DNA of 64,000 nt. Source: an uncultured Pseudomonadota bacterium. GTDB lineage: Bacteria; Pseudomonadota; Alphaproteobacteria; Rhizobiales; Xanthobacteraceae. The DNA lies in assembly GCA_963720835.1 (NCBI GenBank), contig CAVRHC010000007.1:109177-173176 (forward strand). The letters are read 5' to 3'. The notes under the pieces are model-generated. The model was given only the letters and a program-made list of their open reading frames with translations. It was not told where the DNA came from and made no database searches. Of this stretch, positions 9,781 through 20,364 are shown piece by piece. A program made the translations under genes and the position numbers. The number at the start of each line of letters is the position of its first letter. Position 1 is the first letter of the stretch.

Positions 9781-11756
9781 TCCCGGAGCTCGGCCACTAT
9801 GCGCTGGTGCTGGCGCTGGCGCTTGGGTTGATGCAGTCGGTGGTGCCGCTGGTCGGTGCGCAGCGGCGCGACGCCACGCTGATGAGCCTCGGTAATTCCA
9901 CCGCGCTTGCGCAGTTCTTTTTCGTCGCGCTGTCCTTTGCAGCGCTGACAACCTGTTACGTCACCTCCGACTTCTCGGTCCGCACCGTGTTCGAGAACTC
10001 GCACTCGCAGATGCCGCTCATCTACAAGATGACGAGCGTATGGGGGAACCACGAGGGCTCCATGTTGTTGTGGGTCCTCATTTTGTCGGTGTTCGGCGCC
10101 ATGGTGGCGGCGTTCGGCCTCAACCTGCCGGCGACACTGAAAGCCAATGTGCTGGCGGTGCAGTCGTGGATCGCCTGCGCTTTCTATCTCTTTATTCTGC
10201 TGACCTCGAATCCGTTCCTGCGTCTGCATCCGGCGCCGTTCGAAGGCCGCGATCTTAATCCGATTTTGCAGGACCCTGGTCTCGCCATTCATCCGCCGCT
10301 GCTCTATCTCGGCTATGTCGGGTTCTCGATCGCCTTTTCGTTCGCGATCGCCGCGCTGATCGAAGGCCGTATCGATGCCGCCTGGGCGCGCTGGGTGCGG
10401 CCGTGGACGCTGTTGGCCTGGATGTTTCTGACGCTCGGCATCGCCATGGGCTCGTACTGGGCCTATTACACGCTCGGCTGGGGCGGCTTCTGGTTCTGGG
10501 ACCCGGTTGAAAACGCATCCTTGATGCCGTGGCTTGCCGGCACCGCGCTGTTGCATTCGGCGGTGGTGATGGAAAAGCGCAACGCGCTGAAGATCTGGAC
10601 CATCCTGCTCGCCATTCTCACTTTCTCGCTGTCGCTGATCGGCACCTTCCTGGTGCGCTCCGGCGTGCTTACCTCGGTGCATTCCTTCGCCAGCGATCCA
10701 CGCCGCGGCGTCTTTATCCTCGCCATTCTGTTGCTGTTCATCGGCGGCGGGCTGACCTTGTTTGCCGCGCGCGCTTCCACGCTCAAGCAGGGCGGGCTGT
10801 TCGCGCCGGTCTCGCGCGAAGGCGCGCTGGTGTTCAACAATCTCTTTCTCACCACGTCGTGCCTGACCGTGCTGACCGGCACGCTTTATCCGTTGGCGCT
10901 CGAGGCGCTGACCGGCGCCAAGATCACGGTGGGCGGGCCGTTCTATAATTTGACCTTCGGTCCGCTATTTCTGACGCTGATGGTTGCGATGCCGTTCGGG
11001 CCGCTGTTGGCGTGGAAGCGTGGCGATATGCTGGGCGCGGCGCAGCGGCTAATGGCGGCGTTCGGCGTCGGCCTCGTTGCGGTCGGCGTTGCCTTCGCCA
11101 TCGAAGGCGGCAATTCAGTGCTGGCGCCGTTTGGTGTCGGACTTGCTTTCTATGTGATGGTCGGCGCACTGGTCGATCTGACCGAGCGCACCGGATTGTT
11201 CCGTTCGCCGTTCGCGACCGTACGCGCACGCGCTTTCGGTTTGCCGCGCTCGATCTGGGGAACGGCGGTTGCGCATTTCGGCATTGCACTGACGCTGCTC
11301 GGCATCGTCTGTGCCGGCACCTGGGGCACCGAGCGCATCGTCGCGGTGAAGCCGGGGCAGGGCGTGTCGCTCTCCGGTTATGATCTTACCTTTGACCGAC
11401 TGGTCGAGCGGCCGGGTCCGAATTACGCCGAGCAGGCTGCACTTTTCACCGTGCGTGCAGGCGGCACCGTGATCGGCATCATGGCGCCGTCCAAGCGGCG
11501 TTTCACCGCGCGCGGCATGGACAAGAATGAAGCCGCATTGATGATCCGTGGCCTCGGCCAGCTTTATCTGTCGCTCGGCGACACCAACTCGGACGGCTCC
11601 GTTGCCATCCGGCTCTATTACAAGCCGATGGTGCTGCTGATCTGGATCGGCGCGGTGGTGATGATGCTGGGCGGCGCGCTTTCGCTTTCCGACCGGCGCC
11701 TGCGCGTCGGTGCGCCAAAGCCCGCGGCGAAATCCACGTTGCAGGCAGCGGAGTAG
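9777..11756 (+). CDS. ccmF: heme lyase CcmF (CycK)
   Basis: Polytopic protein with the [12 protein letters not shown] tryptophan-rich heme-handling motif. The GTG at 9777 overlaps the ccmE stop (GTGA). Confidence 0.95.
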   Translation: MIPELGHYALVLALALGLMQSVVPLVGAQRRDATLMSLGNSTALAQFFFVALSFAALTTCYVTSDFSVRTVFENSHSQMPLIYKMTSVWGNHEGSMLLWVLILSVFGAMVAAFGLNLPATLKANVLAVQSWIACAFYLFILLTSNPFLRLHPAPFEGRDLNPILQDPGLAIHPPLLYLGYVGFSIAFSFAIAALIEGRIDAAWARWVRPWTLLAWMFLTLGIAMGSYWAYYTLGWGGFWFWDPVENASLMPWLAGTALLHSAVVMEKRNALKIWTILLAILTFSLSLIGTFLVRSGVLTSVHSFASDPRRGVFILAILLLFIGGGLTLFAARASTLKQGGLFAPVSREGALVFNNLFLTTSCLTVLTGTLYPLALEALTGAKITVGGPFYNLTFGPLFLTLMVAMPFGPLLAWKRGDMLGAAQRLMAAFGVGLVAVGVAFAIEGGNSVLAPFGVGLAFYVMVGALVDLTERTGLFRSPFATVRARAFGLPRSIWGTAVAHFGIALTLLGIVCAGTWGTERIVAVKPGQGVSLSGYDLTFDRLVERPGPNYAEQAALFTVRAGGTVIGIMAPSKRRFTARGMDKNEAALMIRGLGQLYLSLGDTNSDGSVAIRLYYKPMVLLIWIGAVVMMLGGALSLSDRRLRVGAPKPAAKSTLQAAE

Positions 11757-11761
11757 GGGAT

Positions 11762-12217
11762 ATGCGCCGCTTTGCGTTTCTCGCCGTGCTGGCCGCGTTG
11801 CTTGCGCCGGCCGCGCACGCCGTAACGCCGGACGAAATGCTCAAAGATCCGGCGCTGGAAGCGCGCGCGCGGCAGCTATCGCAAGAGCTGCGCTGTATGG
11901 TCTGTCAGAACCAGGATATCGACGATTCGAATGCGCCATTGGCGCACGATTTGCGCGTACTGGTGCGCGAGCGCTTGAAAGCCGGCGATTCCAACCGGCA
12001 GGTGCTCGACTATCTGGTCGCCCGTTACGGCGAATTTATTCTGCTCAAGCCGCGCTTCGAACTGCACACTTTGCTGCTCTGGGGGCTGCCGCCGCTCGTT
12101 TTGATTGCGGGCGCGGCCGGACTCATCGCCGCGATGCGCCGGCGCAAGGGCGCCGCAGCGGAACCGGCGCCTTTGAGCGAGGCCGAGCAACGCCGGCTTT
12201 CGACTTTGGTGGAATAA
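11762..12217 (+). CDS. ccmH: cytochrome c-type biogenesis protein CcmH (CycL)
   Basis: Signal peptide, LRCMVCQNQ (the LRCxxC motif) and a C-terminal TM segment. Confidence 0.9.
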   Translation: MRRFAFLAVLAALLAPAAHAVTPDEMLKDPALEARARQLSQELRCMVCQNQDIDDSNAPLAHDLRVLVRERLKAGDSNRQVLDYLVARYGEFILLKPRFELHTLLLWGLPPLVLIAGAAGLIAAMRRRKGAAAEPAPLSEAEQRRLSTLVE

Positions 12218-12366
12218 AGACCCGATGAATCCTTGTTCAAGCTATTGATTTTTCATAAAAAGTTTTTTCCCCACCTTACAAAAGTTTAATCCCGCCGACA
12301 GGACGCCGTAAGGCTCGTCCCCCCATCTTCAGGTTCGAAGCGCGCGACGCGCAAAACCGAATCCAG

Positions 12367-13941
12367 ATGGGAGTTTTCCTGATGAACCCGAGCGTCACCC
12401 AAGCCCCTCAAGCTCCGCAAAAGCGACGGGTGCTTTCCGTCCGGCGCGTTGCCTTGCTTGCCACGACCATTGCCGGCCTCGGCGCCGCAGCGTTTGTCGT
12501 GGCGCCCGACGTCAATTTGTCGGCTCACTATCCGACCGCGCTTGCGCAGAACCTGACCGAGCAGGCCGCCAAGATGCCGGCTCCGGTCGGCTTTGCCGAC
12601 ATCGTCGCCAAAGTGAAGCCGGCGGTGATTTCGGTCCGCGTCAAGGTCGATGGCGGTTCCGCCACCACCGGCAGCGGCAATGTGCAGGACCTTCCTCCGG
12701 GCCTGCGTGAATTCTTCCGCCGCTTCGGCATGCCCGACAACATGCCCAATGGTCCCATGCCGCGCGGTCGCGGCGGCCACAACATCATCATGGGCCAGGG
12801 CTCCGGCTTCTTCATTTCGGCGGATGGCTATGCGGTCACGAACAACCACGTGGTCGAGAAAGCCGAAAGCGTTGAGGTGAAGACCGACGACGGCAAGACC
12901 CACAAGGCGAAGGTCATCGGCACCGACCCGCGCACCGATCTTGCGCTGATCAAGGTGGACGACGGTCCGTTCCCCTATGTGAAGCTGTCGGAGAAGACCC
13001 CGCGCATCGGTGACTGGGTACTCGCGGTCGGCAATCCGTTCGGCCTCGGCGGTACAGTGACGGCCGGCATCGTCTCGGCGCGCGGCCGTGACATCGGTGC
13101 CAACGCCTACGACGACTTCATCCAGATCGACGCGCCGGTCAACAAAGGCAATTCCGGCGGCCCGAGCTTCGATACCGAAGGTAATGTGATCGGCGTCAAT
13201 ACGGCGATCTTCTCGCCGTCGGGCGGTTCGGTCGGCATCGCCTTCGACATCCCGGCCGATACCGTCAAGACCGTGATCGCCCAGCTTCGTGAGCATGGCC
13301 ACGTCACGCGCGGCTGGATCGGTGTGCAGATCCAACCGGTGACCAAGGACATTGCCGACAGCCTTGGTATGAAGTCCGCGGAAGGCGCGCTTGTCGCCGA
13401 ACCGCAGCCGAATAGCCCGGCGACCAAAGCCGGCATCGTGGCCGGCGACGTCATCACCGCGGTTAACGGCAAGCCGGTGAAGGATGCCCGCGATCTCGCC
13501 AAGACGATCGGTGCCATGCAGCCGAAGGCGGACGTCAAGCTCTCGGTCCTGCACAAGGGCTCCGAGAAAACCATCAACCTCACGCTCGGCCAATTGCCGT
13601 CGAAGGAGATGGCCAGCAACAAGTCGTCGAATAATGGCGACACGGACAACGGCACCGATCTCGCCAAGCTCGGTCTGACGCTCGCGCCGGCCGATCACGT
13701 TGCCGGAGCAGGCCATGAGGGTGTCGTCGTTACCGGCGTCGACTCCTCGGGTGTTGCCGCCGACCACGGGTTTGCGACCGGAGACGTCATTCTCGAAGTC
13801 GCCGGCAAATCGGTCTCCAACCCTGCCGAGGTCCGCAAGATGGTCAATGAGGCCCGCTCGGACGGCAAGCGCACAGTGCTGATGCGCGTGAAGAAGGGTG
13901 GCAACGCCCGCTTCGTCGCACTGCCGGTCAAGCGAGGCTGA
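12367..13941 (+). CDS. degP: DegP/HtrA (Do-family) periplasmic serine endoprotease with two PDZ domains
   Basis: Catalytic triad context (TNNHVV, DLALIKV, GNSGGP) followed by two PDZ-like segments. The true start may be ATG 12382. Confidence 0.9.
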   Translation: MGVFLMNPSVTQAPQAPQKRRVLSVRRVALLATTIAGLGAAAFVVAPDVNLSAHYPTALAQNLTEQAAKMPAPVGFADIVAKVKPAVISVRVKVDGGSATTGSGNVQDLPPGLREFFRRFGMPDNMPNGPMPRGRGGHNIIMGQGSGFFISADGYAVTNNHVVEKAESVEVKTDDGKTHKAKVIGTDPRTDLALIKVDDGPFPYVKLSEKTPRIGDWVLAVGNPFGLGGTVTAGIVSARGRDIGANAYDDFIQIDAPVNKGNSGGPSFDTEGNVIGVNTAIFSPSGGSVGIAFDIPADTVKTVIAQLREHGHVTRGWIGVQIQPVTKDIADSLGMKSAEGALVAEPQPNSPATKAGIVAGDVITAVNGKPVKDARDLAKTIGAMQPKADVKLSVLHKGSEKTINLTLGQLPSKEMASNKSSNNGDTDNGTDLAKLGLTLAPADHVAGAGHEGVVVTGVDSSGVAADHGFATGDVILEVAGKSVSNPAEVRKMVNEARSDGKRTVLMRVKKGGNARFVALPVKRG

Positions 13942-13960
13942 CAAGGCTAGGGGCGTTCCA

Positions 13961-14146
13961 CCGGCATCCGTCGCCCCCGCTGGTGGTCCGACCTCACGGG
14001 GCAGGCCTTCGGGCCTGCCCCGGCTCTCAAGAGGAAAGCGGCCGGTCGCTGTGGCCGTTTTCCGATCCGGGACTCCAACCCTGGCATCCGTCGCCCCCGC
14101 TGGGGTGGGGTCGTGGAGGGGGTGGCGGGCCAAATCCGCCACCCCC
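13961..14146. repeat. intergenic repeat/hairpin cluster downstream of degP
   Basis: A 21-nt direct repeat ggcatccgtcgcccccgctgg occurs at 13963-13983 and 14083-14103. GC-rich hairpins lie at 13998-14021 (GGGGCAGGCC ttcg GGCCTGCCCC) and 14118-14146 (GGGGGTGGCGG ... CCGCCACCCCC). Confidence 0.6.
13998..14021 (+). terminator. possible degP terminator hairpin (no T-tract)
   Basis: Perfect 10-bp GC stem with a TTCG loop 57 nt after the degP stop. There is no U-run, so intrinsic termination is uncertain. Confidence 0.35.
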
Positions 14147-14310
14147 TCGCGTAAAGAGGGGCTTACAAATCGGGGAATATGAAAAGCAGCCGGCCATTCG
14201 ACCGGCATTCGAATCGACTGGACTTGGTGTGACCGATGCCCACTTATGCAAATATTCACGTTGCTCGCCCTTCTAGCCGCACGGCCGAGGCGCAACCGGA
14301 TCGGACCACC

Positions 14311-14991
14311 ATGCGCATTCTGGTGATCGAGGATGACCGCGACGCGGCCGACTATCTGGTCAAGGCCTTCCGCGAGGTCGGCCATGTCGCCGACGCCGCC
14401 ACCGACGGCGAAGATGGTCTGGCGATGGCACTCGACGGCCAATACGACGTGCTTATCGTCGATCGCATGTTGCCCAAGCGTGACGGGCTGTCGGTGATCG
14501 GCACGTTGCGCGAGAAAGGTATCGAGACGCCGGCGCTGATCCTCTCCGCGCTCGGCCAGGTCGATGACCGGGTCAAGGGCCTGCGCGCCGGCGGCGACGA
14601 TTATCTGCCCAAGCCTTATTCGTTCTCCGAGCTGTTGGCCCGGGTCGAGGTGCTCTCGCGCCGGCGCGGCAGCCGCGCCGAGGAGACCGTGCTGCGTGTC
14701 GGCAATCTCGAACTCGACCGGCTATCGCACCAGGTGCGCCGCGGCGAAGACGAGATTTCCCTGCAACCGCGCGAATTCCGGCTGCTCGAATACCTCATGC
14801 AGCACGCCGGTCAGGTGGTGACCCGCACCATGCTGCTGGAAAACGTGTGGGATTACCATTTCGATCCGCAGACCAACGTGATCGACGTACACATCTCGCG
14901 TTTACGCTCGAAAATCGATAAAGGTTTCTCCCAGCCGCTTTTGCATACGGTTCGCGGCGCGGGATACATGATCCGTGACGGCGCTCGGTAA
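14311..14991 (+). CDS. OmpR-family response regulator
   Basis: MRILVIEDD, LIVDRMLPKRDG, LSALG, DDYLPKPY, and a winged helix (LQPREFRLLEYLM ... TVRGAGYMI). The start is taken at ATG 14311. Confidence 0.9.
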   Translation: MRILVIEDDRDAADYLVKAFREVGHVADAATDGEDGLAMALDGQYDVLIVDRMLPKRDGLSVIGTLREKGIETPALILSALGQVDDRVKGLRAGGDDYLPKPYSFSELLARVEVLSRRRGSRAEETVLRVGNLELDRLSHQVRRGEDEISLQPREFRLLEYLMQHAGQVVTRTMLLENVWDYHFDPQTNVIDVHISRLRSKIDKGFSQPLLHTVRGAGYMIRDGAR

Positions 14992-16399
14992 GCTTTTTCG
15001 CACCACCACATTCAAGCTGACGCTGGTCTATTTGACCGTGTTCGCGCTGTTTGCGGTTTTTCTGCTCGGCTATTTTGCGCTCAACACCCGCCGTCTGATC
15101 ACCGAACAGATCACCGATACCGTCAATGCGGAGATCACCGGCCTGTCGGAACAATACCGCCAGGGCGGCATCCGGCGGCTGGTGATCGCGGTTGATGCGC
15201 GCGCGCGCAGGCCGGGCTCCAGTCTTTATCTCGTCACCACCTTCAACGGCGATTCGCTGGCCGGGAACGTCACCGCGCTCGCGCCCGGTATCCTCGAGGT
15301 CCCGGGCTGGACCGAAACCGCTTACCGCCGGCTTGACGAAGCCGAAAACCAGACCCGTCCGGAGCATCTGGCGCTGGTGCGGGTGTTTCAATTGCCCGGC
15401 GGTTTCCGGCTCCTGGTCGGTCGCGATCTGGAAGAGCGCGAACGGCTCTATCACATCGTGCTCTCGGCCGGCCGCTGGTCGGTCGCGATCGTGATCGTGC
15501 TCGGCCTGGTCGGCGGATTGTTCGTGACGCGACGCGTCTTGCGCCGCGTCGACGCCATGACGGAGACGACCAAGACGATCATGGCCGGCGATCTCAGCGG
15601 GCGGCTGCCGGTTGCCGGTAGCGGCGACGAGATCGACCGCTTGGCGCAGAACCTCAATGCCATGCTCGAGCGCATCGAGGCCCTGATGCAGGGGCTCAAG
15701 GAAGTCTCCGACAACATCGCGCACGATCTGAAGACGCCGCTTACGCGGCTGCGCAACCGTGCCGAACAGGCGCTGCGCTCCGCGCACAGCGAGGCCGAAT
15801 ACCGCGCGGCGATCGAAGGCACGATCGAGGAGTCGGACGGTTTGATCCGCACCTTCAACGCGCTGTTGATGATCGCGCGGGCTGAATCGGGGCAGGCGCG
15901 CGACAACATGAACGAATTCGACGCCTCCGAAATCGCGCACGACATCGGCGAGCTTTACGAGCCGCTGGCGGAGGAAAAGGGCATCGAACTCAAGGTCGAA
16001 GCCGAAACGCCGGCGCGGCTGAAAGGAAACCGCGAACTCATCAGCCAGGCGCTCGCCAACCTGGTCGACAACGCCATCAAATATGCCGAACGGCCAAAAG
16101 GGGCGGTCAACGGCGCTGCGCCCGAAATCATCGTGCGCGCGCTCGATTCCGGCGACCGCATCCTGCTCACAGTCGCCGATACCGGACCTGGGATACCGGA
16201 GGCCGACCGCTCCCGCGTGGTGGAACGCTTCGTACGCCTCGAGCAGAGCCGGTCGCAGCCTGGCTCAGGCCTGGGCCTGAGCCTTGCCTCGGCGGTGGCG
16301 CGGCTGCATGGCGGCGAATTGACGCTTGAGGACAACCAGCCGGGCTTGAAAGGCATCATTGCCTTGCCGCGGGGAGGGCCGGTACAGAGTGCGGGATGA
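14975..16399 (+). CDS. sensor histidine kinase (TM-periplasmic-TM, HAMP, HisKA, HATPase_c)
   Basis: H-box VSDNIAHDLKTPLT, N-box NLVDNAIKYA, DTGPGIP, GSGLGLSL. It overlaps the response-regulator stop. Confidence 0.9.
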   Translation: MTALGKLFRTTTFKLTLVYLTVFALFAVFLLGYFALNTRRLITEQITDTVNAEITGLSEQYRQGGIRRLVIAVDARARRPGSSLYLVTTFNGDSLAGNVTALAPGILEVPGWTETAYRRLDEAENQTRPEHLALVRVFQLPGGFRLLVGRDLEERERLYHIVLSAGRWSVAIVIVLGLVGGLFVTRRVLRRVDAMTETTKTIMAGDLSGRLPVAGSGDEIDRLAQNLNAMLERIEALMQGLKEVSDNIAHDLKTPLTRLRNRAEQALRSAHSEAEYRAAIEGTIEESDGLIRTFNALLMIARAESGQARDNMNEFDASEIAHDIGELYEPLAEEKGIELKVEAETPARLKGNRELISQALANLVDNAIKYAERPKGAVNGAAPEIIVRALDSGDRILLTVADTGPGIPEADRSRVVERFVRLEQSRSQPGSGLGLSLASAVARLHGGELTLEDNQPGLKGIIALPRGGPVQSAG

Positions 16400-19335
16400 T
16401 GTTGTCCCAGACTTTGGCCGGGCGGATCGCGCGGGCGCCGTACCTTACCGATAAAGAGGCTGCGCGCGCGCGGGTTGCCGAATGGCGCAGCGGGCTGACG
16501 GCGGATGTCGGCAAGCCGCTGGCAGCGCTCCTGGCCGCGTCTTCCACCGTGACCATCCTGCTTGAAAGCCTCAGCGAAAGCTCGCCGTTTCTATGGGAGT
16601 TGGCGAGCCGCGAGCCCGAGCGGCTGCTGCGGCTCCTGAGCACCGATCCCGACGCGCATTTTGCGTCGCTATTGTCCGAGAGCGGCCGCGCCGCGGCTGC
16701 GGCAACCGATGAAGCCGAAGCCATGCGGGTCTTGCGCCGCATGAAATCGGAAGCAGCGCTTTTGATCGCGCTCGCCGACATCGGCGGCGTCTGGCCGGTG
16801 ATGCGTACGACGCACGCGCTCACCGATCTTGCCGATACGGCGGTCGATGCCGCGGTCGGCTTTGCGCTGGCGGAGGCCGCGCGTGCCGGCCGCCTTCGGC
16901 CCATGAACACGGAGCGCCCCCAGGACGGCAGCGGCTACAGCGTGGTCGCGATGGGCAAGATGGGCGCGTTCGAACTCAATTATTCGAGCGATATCGACCT
17001 CATCGTTTTCTACGATCCGAATTCACCGATCCTGCCCAAGGACACCGCGGCCGCACCGGTGTTCGTGCGGATCACCCAGCGGCTGGTGAAGTTGCTGCAG
17101 GCGCGCACTGCCGACGGCTATGTATTCCGCACCGATTTGCGGCTGCGGCCGGATCCGGCTTCGACCGCGATTGCCATTTCGACGCCGGCGGCGCTCGCCT
17201 ATTACGAGAGCGCGGGGCAGAACTGGGAGCGCGCCGCGATGATCAAGGCACGCGCCTGCGCCGGCGACATCGCGGCAGGCGAGGCGCTGCTGGGCGAACT
17301 CTCGCCCTTCGTCTGGCGAAAATATCTCGATTACGTTGCGCTCGCAGACGTGCACGCCATGAAGCGGCAGATCAACGCGTATCGCGGGCACGGCGAGATC
17401 GCAGTAGAAGGTCACAACATCAAGCTTGGCCGCGGCGGCATTCGCGAGATCGAGTTTTTCGCGCAGACGCAGCAACTGATTGCCGGCGGCCGCACCCCGC
17501 ACTTGCGCGATCGCGACACGCTCACCACGCTCGACAAGCTCGCGCACGATCGCTGGATCGATCAGGACGCTTGCGACGACATGAAGGCGGCCTATTGCTT
17601 CCTGCGCGAGGTCGAGCACCGGCTGCAAATGGTCGATGACGAACAGACGCAGGTGCTGCCGGCGGACCGCGACGGCGTCGAGCGCTTTGCGCGTTTCCTT
17701 GGGTTTGCGGACCGCGATGCCTTCGCCAAGGTGCTGGTCGGATACCTCGGCAAGGTACAGCGCCATTACGCGCGTCTGTTCGAAAAGGCGGCTGCCCCCG
17801 ACCAGCCGGCCTTGTTGTTTCCCGCCGATGCCGACGACCGCAAGACCCTCGACCGCCTGGCGGAGCTCGGCTACCGCAAGCCGCTGGAAGCCTCGACGAC
17901 CGTGCGCAATTGGCTGGCCGGTGATTTCGTTTCGCTCAAAGGCGAGACCGCGCGCGGGCATCTGATGCATTTGCTGCCGGCACTGCTCGAGCAATTGGCG
18001 CGCACCGACAATCCCGACGCGGCCGTCATCTCGTTCGACCGGTTTCTGTATAATCTGCATGGCGCCGCGCGGCTGCTGTCCCTCCTGCGGCAAAATCCCG
18101 ATCTGATTGCGCTGCTGGCGCTGGTGCTCGGTATCGCGCCGCGGCTTGCCGATACGCTGGCTCGCTATCCGCAGGTGATGGACGCGCTGGTCGATCCGAG
18201 CTTTTTCGGACCGTTGCCCGATGACGCCGAGCTCGACCGCCGCCTTGACGCCTCGCTGGCGCAGACGCACCACGACCAGGACCTGCTCGAAGGCATCCGG
18301 GTGTTCGGGCTGGAATACATGTTCCTGATTGGCGTGCGCATCCTGTCCGGGACCGTGACGGCGCGGCAGGCGGGCGAAGCTTTCGCTCGCCTTGCCGATG
18401 CGGTGATTCGGGCGGTGCACCGCTCGGTAGCCGACCACTTTGTGGCGACGCATGGCCGCATCCAAGGCGCCGAAACCGCCGTGCTCGCGATGGGCAAGCT
18501 CGGCGGCTACGAGATGACGGCAAGCTCAGATCTCGATTTGATCCTGATGTACACTTTCGACGGGGACCATCCGGAGTCGGATGGCAAACGCCCCCTTTAT
18601 GGCGGGCAATATTTCGCGCGGCTGACACAACGATTGATCAATGCGCTCACCGCGCAGACCAATTACGGCGCGCTCTATCAGGTCGATATGCGCTTGCGTC
18701 CGTCCGGCCGCGCCGGACCTCTGGCGACCCACCTCGAAGCCTTTGCCGACTACCAGGAGAGCGAAGCCTGGACCTGGGAACACTTGGCGCTGACCCGCGC
18801 GCGGGTGGTCTCGGCCTCGGCGGATTTCGGCGCGCGTGTTGAAAAAGTCATCGGCGAGACACTGTGCCGTCCGCGCGATCCCGCGGCGATTGCCGGTGAC
18901 GTGGTGGAGATGCGCGCTGCGATCGCCAAGGAGAAAGGTGACAAGGAGCGCTGGGATCTCAAATACGCTGCCGGCGGACTTGTCGATATCGAGTTCATCG
19001 CCCAGTATTTGCAGCTTGTGCACGCGCACGAGCGCCCGGAGATTCTCGATACCTCGACCGCCGGCGTGCTCGACAAGGCGCGTGCCTTGCGCGTGCTGCC
19101 GGTGGAGGACGCCGAGGTATTGCGGCCGGCGGTGCAGCTTTATCACGACCTCACGCAACTTGTGCGATTGTGCCTCAGCGGGCCGTTCAATCCAAAGACG
19201 GCGGGCGCGGGGCTCTTGCGCCTGTTGGCGCGCGCCGCCGACGTGCCGGACTTCGCCTCGCTCGAGGCGACACTGAGCGAGACGCAGACGAAGGTGCGCG
19301 AAAGTTTCGTGCGAATTTTAGGTCGGGCGCCATAG
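16396..19335 (+). CDS. glnE: bifunctional glutamine synthetase adenylyltransferase/adenylyl-removing enzyme GlnE
   Basis: 979 aa with two nucleotidyltransferase halves (GKMGAFELNYSSDIDLIVFY and GKLGGYEMTASSDLDLILMY). ATGA overlap with the upstream kinase. Confidence 0.95.
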   Translation: MMLSQTLAGRIARAPYLTDKEAARARVAEWRSGLTADVGKPLAALLAASSTVTILLESLSESSPFLWELASREPERLLRLLSTDPDAHFASLLSESGRAAAAATDEAEAMRVLRRMKSEAALLIALADIGGVWPVMRTTHALTDLADTAVDAAVGFALAEAARAGRLRPMNTERPQDGSGYSVVAMGKMGAFELNYSSDIDLIVFYDPNSPILPKDTAAAPVFVRITQRLVKLLQARTADGYVFRTDLRLRPDPASTAIAISTPAALAYYESAGQNWERAAMIKARACAGDIAAGEALLGELSPFVWRKYLDYVALADVHAMKRQINAYRGHGEIAVEGHNIKLGRGGIREIEFFAQTQQLIAGGRTPHLRDRDTLTTLDKLAHDRWIDQDACDDMKAAYCFLREVEHRLQMVDDEQTQVLPADRDGVERFARFLGFADRDAFAKVLVGYLGKVQRHYARLFEKAAAPDQPALLFPADADDRKTLDRLAELGYRKPLEASTTVRNWLAGDFVSLKGETARGHLMHLLPALLEQLARTDNPDAAVISFDRFLYNLHGAARLLSLLRQNPDLIALLALVLGIAPRLADTLARYPQVMDALVDPSFFGPLPDDAELDRRLDASLAQTHHDQDLLEGIRVFGLEYMFLIGVRILSGTVTARQAGEAFARLADAVIRAVHRSVADHFVATHGRIQGAETAVLAMGKLGGYEMTASSDLDLILMYTFDGDHPESDGKRPLYGGQYFARLTQRLINALTAQTNYGALYQVDMRLRPSGRAGPLATHLEAFADYQESEAWTWEHLALTRARVVSASADFGARVEKVIGETLCRPRDPAAIAGDVVEMRAAIAKEKGDKERWDLKYAAGGLVDIEFIAQYLQLVHAHERPEILDTSTAGVLDKARALRVLPVEDAEVLRPAVQLYHDLTQLVRLCLSGPFNPKTAGAGLLRLLARAADVPDFASLEATLSETQTKVRESFVRILGRAP

Positions 19336-19376
19336 CTGGGCGCAGCTCGAAGCCGCAACCCGATTGTCACAGCCTG

Positions 19377-20163
19377 CTATTGTTCGGCCAGCCGGTGCTC
19401 ACTCAAAATAATATTCAACAAGGAACTGTGCACGTGGATTTGGCCGTTGTACTCGATGTATCCGAGTTTTCGAAACTTGGTCATGAACTGATTAATGCGC
19501 GACCGTGTCGTGCCCACCATGTTGGCGAGCATTTCTTGCGTGATCGGTACAGAGATCATGTGCGGTTGCGCATCAAGGCCGGCACTCGCCAGTGTCAGTA
19601 GAATACGTGCCAGGCGTTTTTCGCTGGAGTTGAATAACTGATCGACCAGGTCCGCCTGCAGCTTGTTATTACGATGAAGAACGAAGGATAAGAAAATTGA
19701 AGAAAATTCCGGGTCGATCTTTGAGCGCATTAAGCACTGTAGCCTGCTTGAGTCGGGCGATCTTCGCAGGCGTCGCGCACTTGATCGTTGTTCTCCGCAG
19801 CAGAATTCCGTCCACGCAGCCTTCGCCGAAAAAATCTCCATGCCCAAGAATGGCGATAACGGCCTCCTTGCCCTGCTCGGAGATTGTCGTGACGATAACG
19901 GTGCCGCTGATGATGTAAAAAAGCGCATCCGCGGGATCGCCTTGCGCGTAGATCACCTGATCAATTTCGTAGTCCGCTATTGTTGCGCCGTCGTGTTCGG
20001 CAATGAACACGCGGTAGTCAAAGTCTTGATGTCGACCGCCGTCACCATCTGGTAGGCTCAATTCTTCTTCCATGGTATTCCGCACTTCACGAAAATCGCG
20101 TTCAGCGAACCATTCGGCCGAAGATTGTAAAAGCATTTTTTCGTACTTTTTCGACGACGACAA
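19377..20163 (-). pseudogene. Crp/Fnr-family transcriptional regulator, split by a frameshift near 19719-19727
   Basis: ORF 19669-20163 carries the cNMP-binding beta-roll (IYAQGDPADALFYIISGTV...GHGDFFGEG). ORF 19377-19928 carries, in another frame, the C-terminal Crp HTH (DLVDQLFNSSEKRLARILL...ITQEMLANMVGTTRSRINQFMTKFRKLGYI). It lies in an AT-richer patch. Confidence 0.7.
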
Positions 20164-20364
20164 GCGGTGCTTTCATGCAAACAATTACCGTCTCGCCATT
20201 CGCCAAGGATGTGGTGAAATCGCAATAATTGCAGCGCCGAGGAATCGACAGGATAATTTACAGATTAGAAAATATAGATTGAGGCGGTATAAATATACCG
20301 TGTCGTGGGTCATTCGGTGCGGTGAGGAGGCACAACGCGTATGTTTCTTGCTTGTGCTGTGTCG

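Noticed and set aside
8950-10682. Minus-strand ORFs of 333 aa (8950-9951) and 331 aa (9687-10682)
   Set aside because: They are antisense to ccmI/ccmE/ccmF, which have unambiguous signatures. The products are Arg/His/Gln-rich and look like nonsense.
12286-14442. 718-aa ORF on the minus strand
   Set aside because: It is antisense to the clearly recognisable DegP/HtrA gene and runs through intergenic repeats. The product is low-complexity and Arg/Gly/Ala-rich, typical of a spurious open frame in high-GC DNA.
17023-18465. 480-aa minus-strand ORF
   Set aside because: It is entirely antisense to glnE, has no recognisable motifs, and shows the composition typical of an antisense frame.
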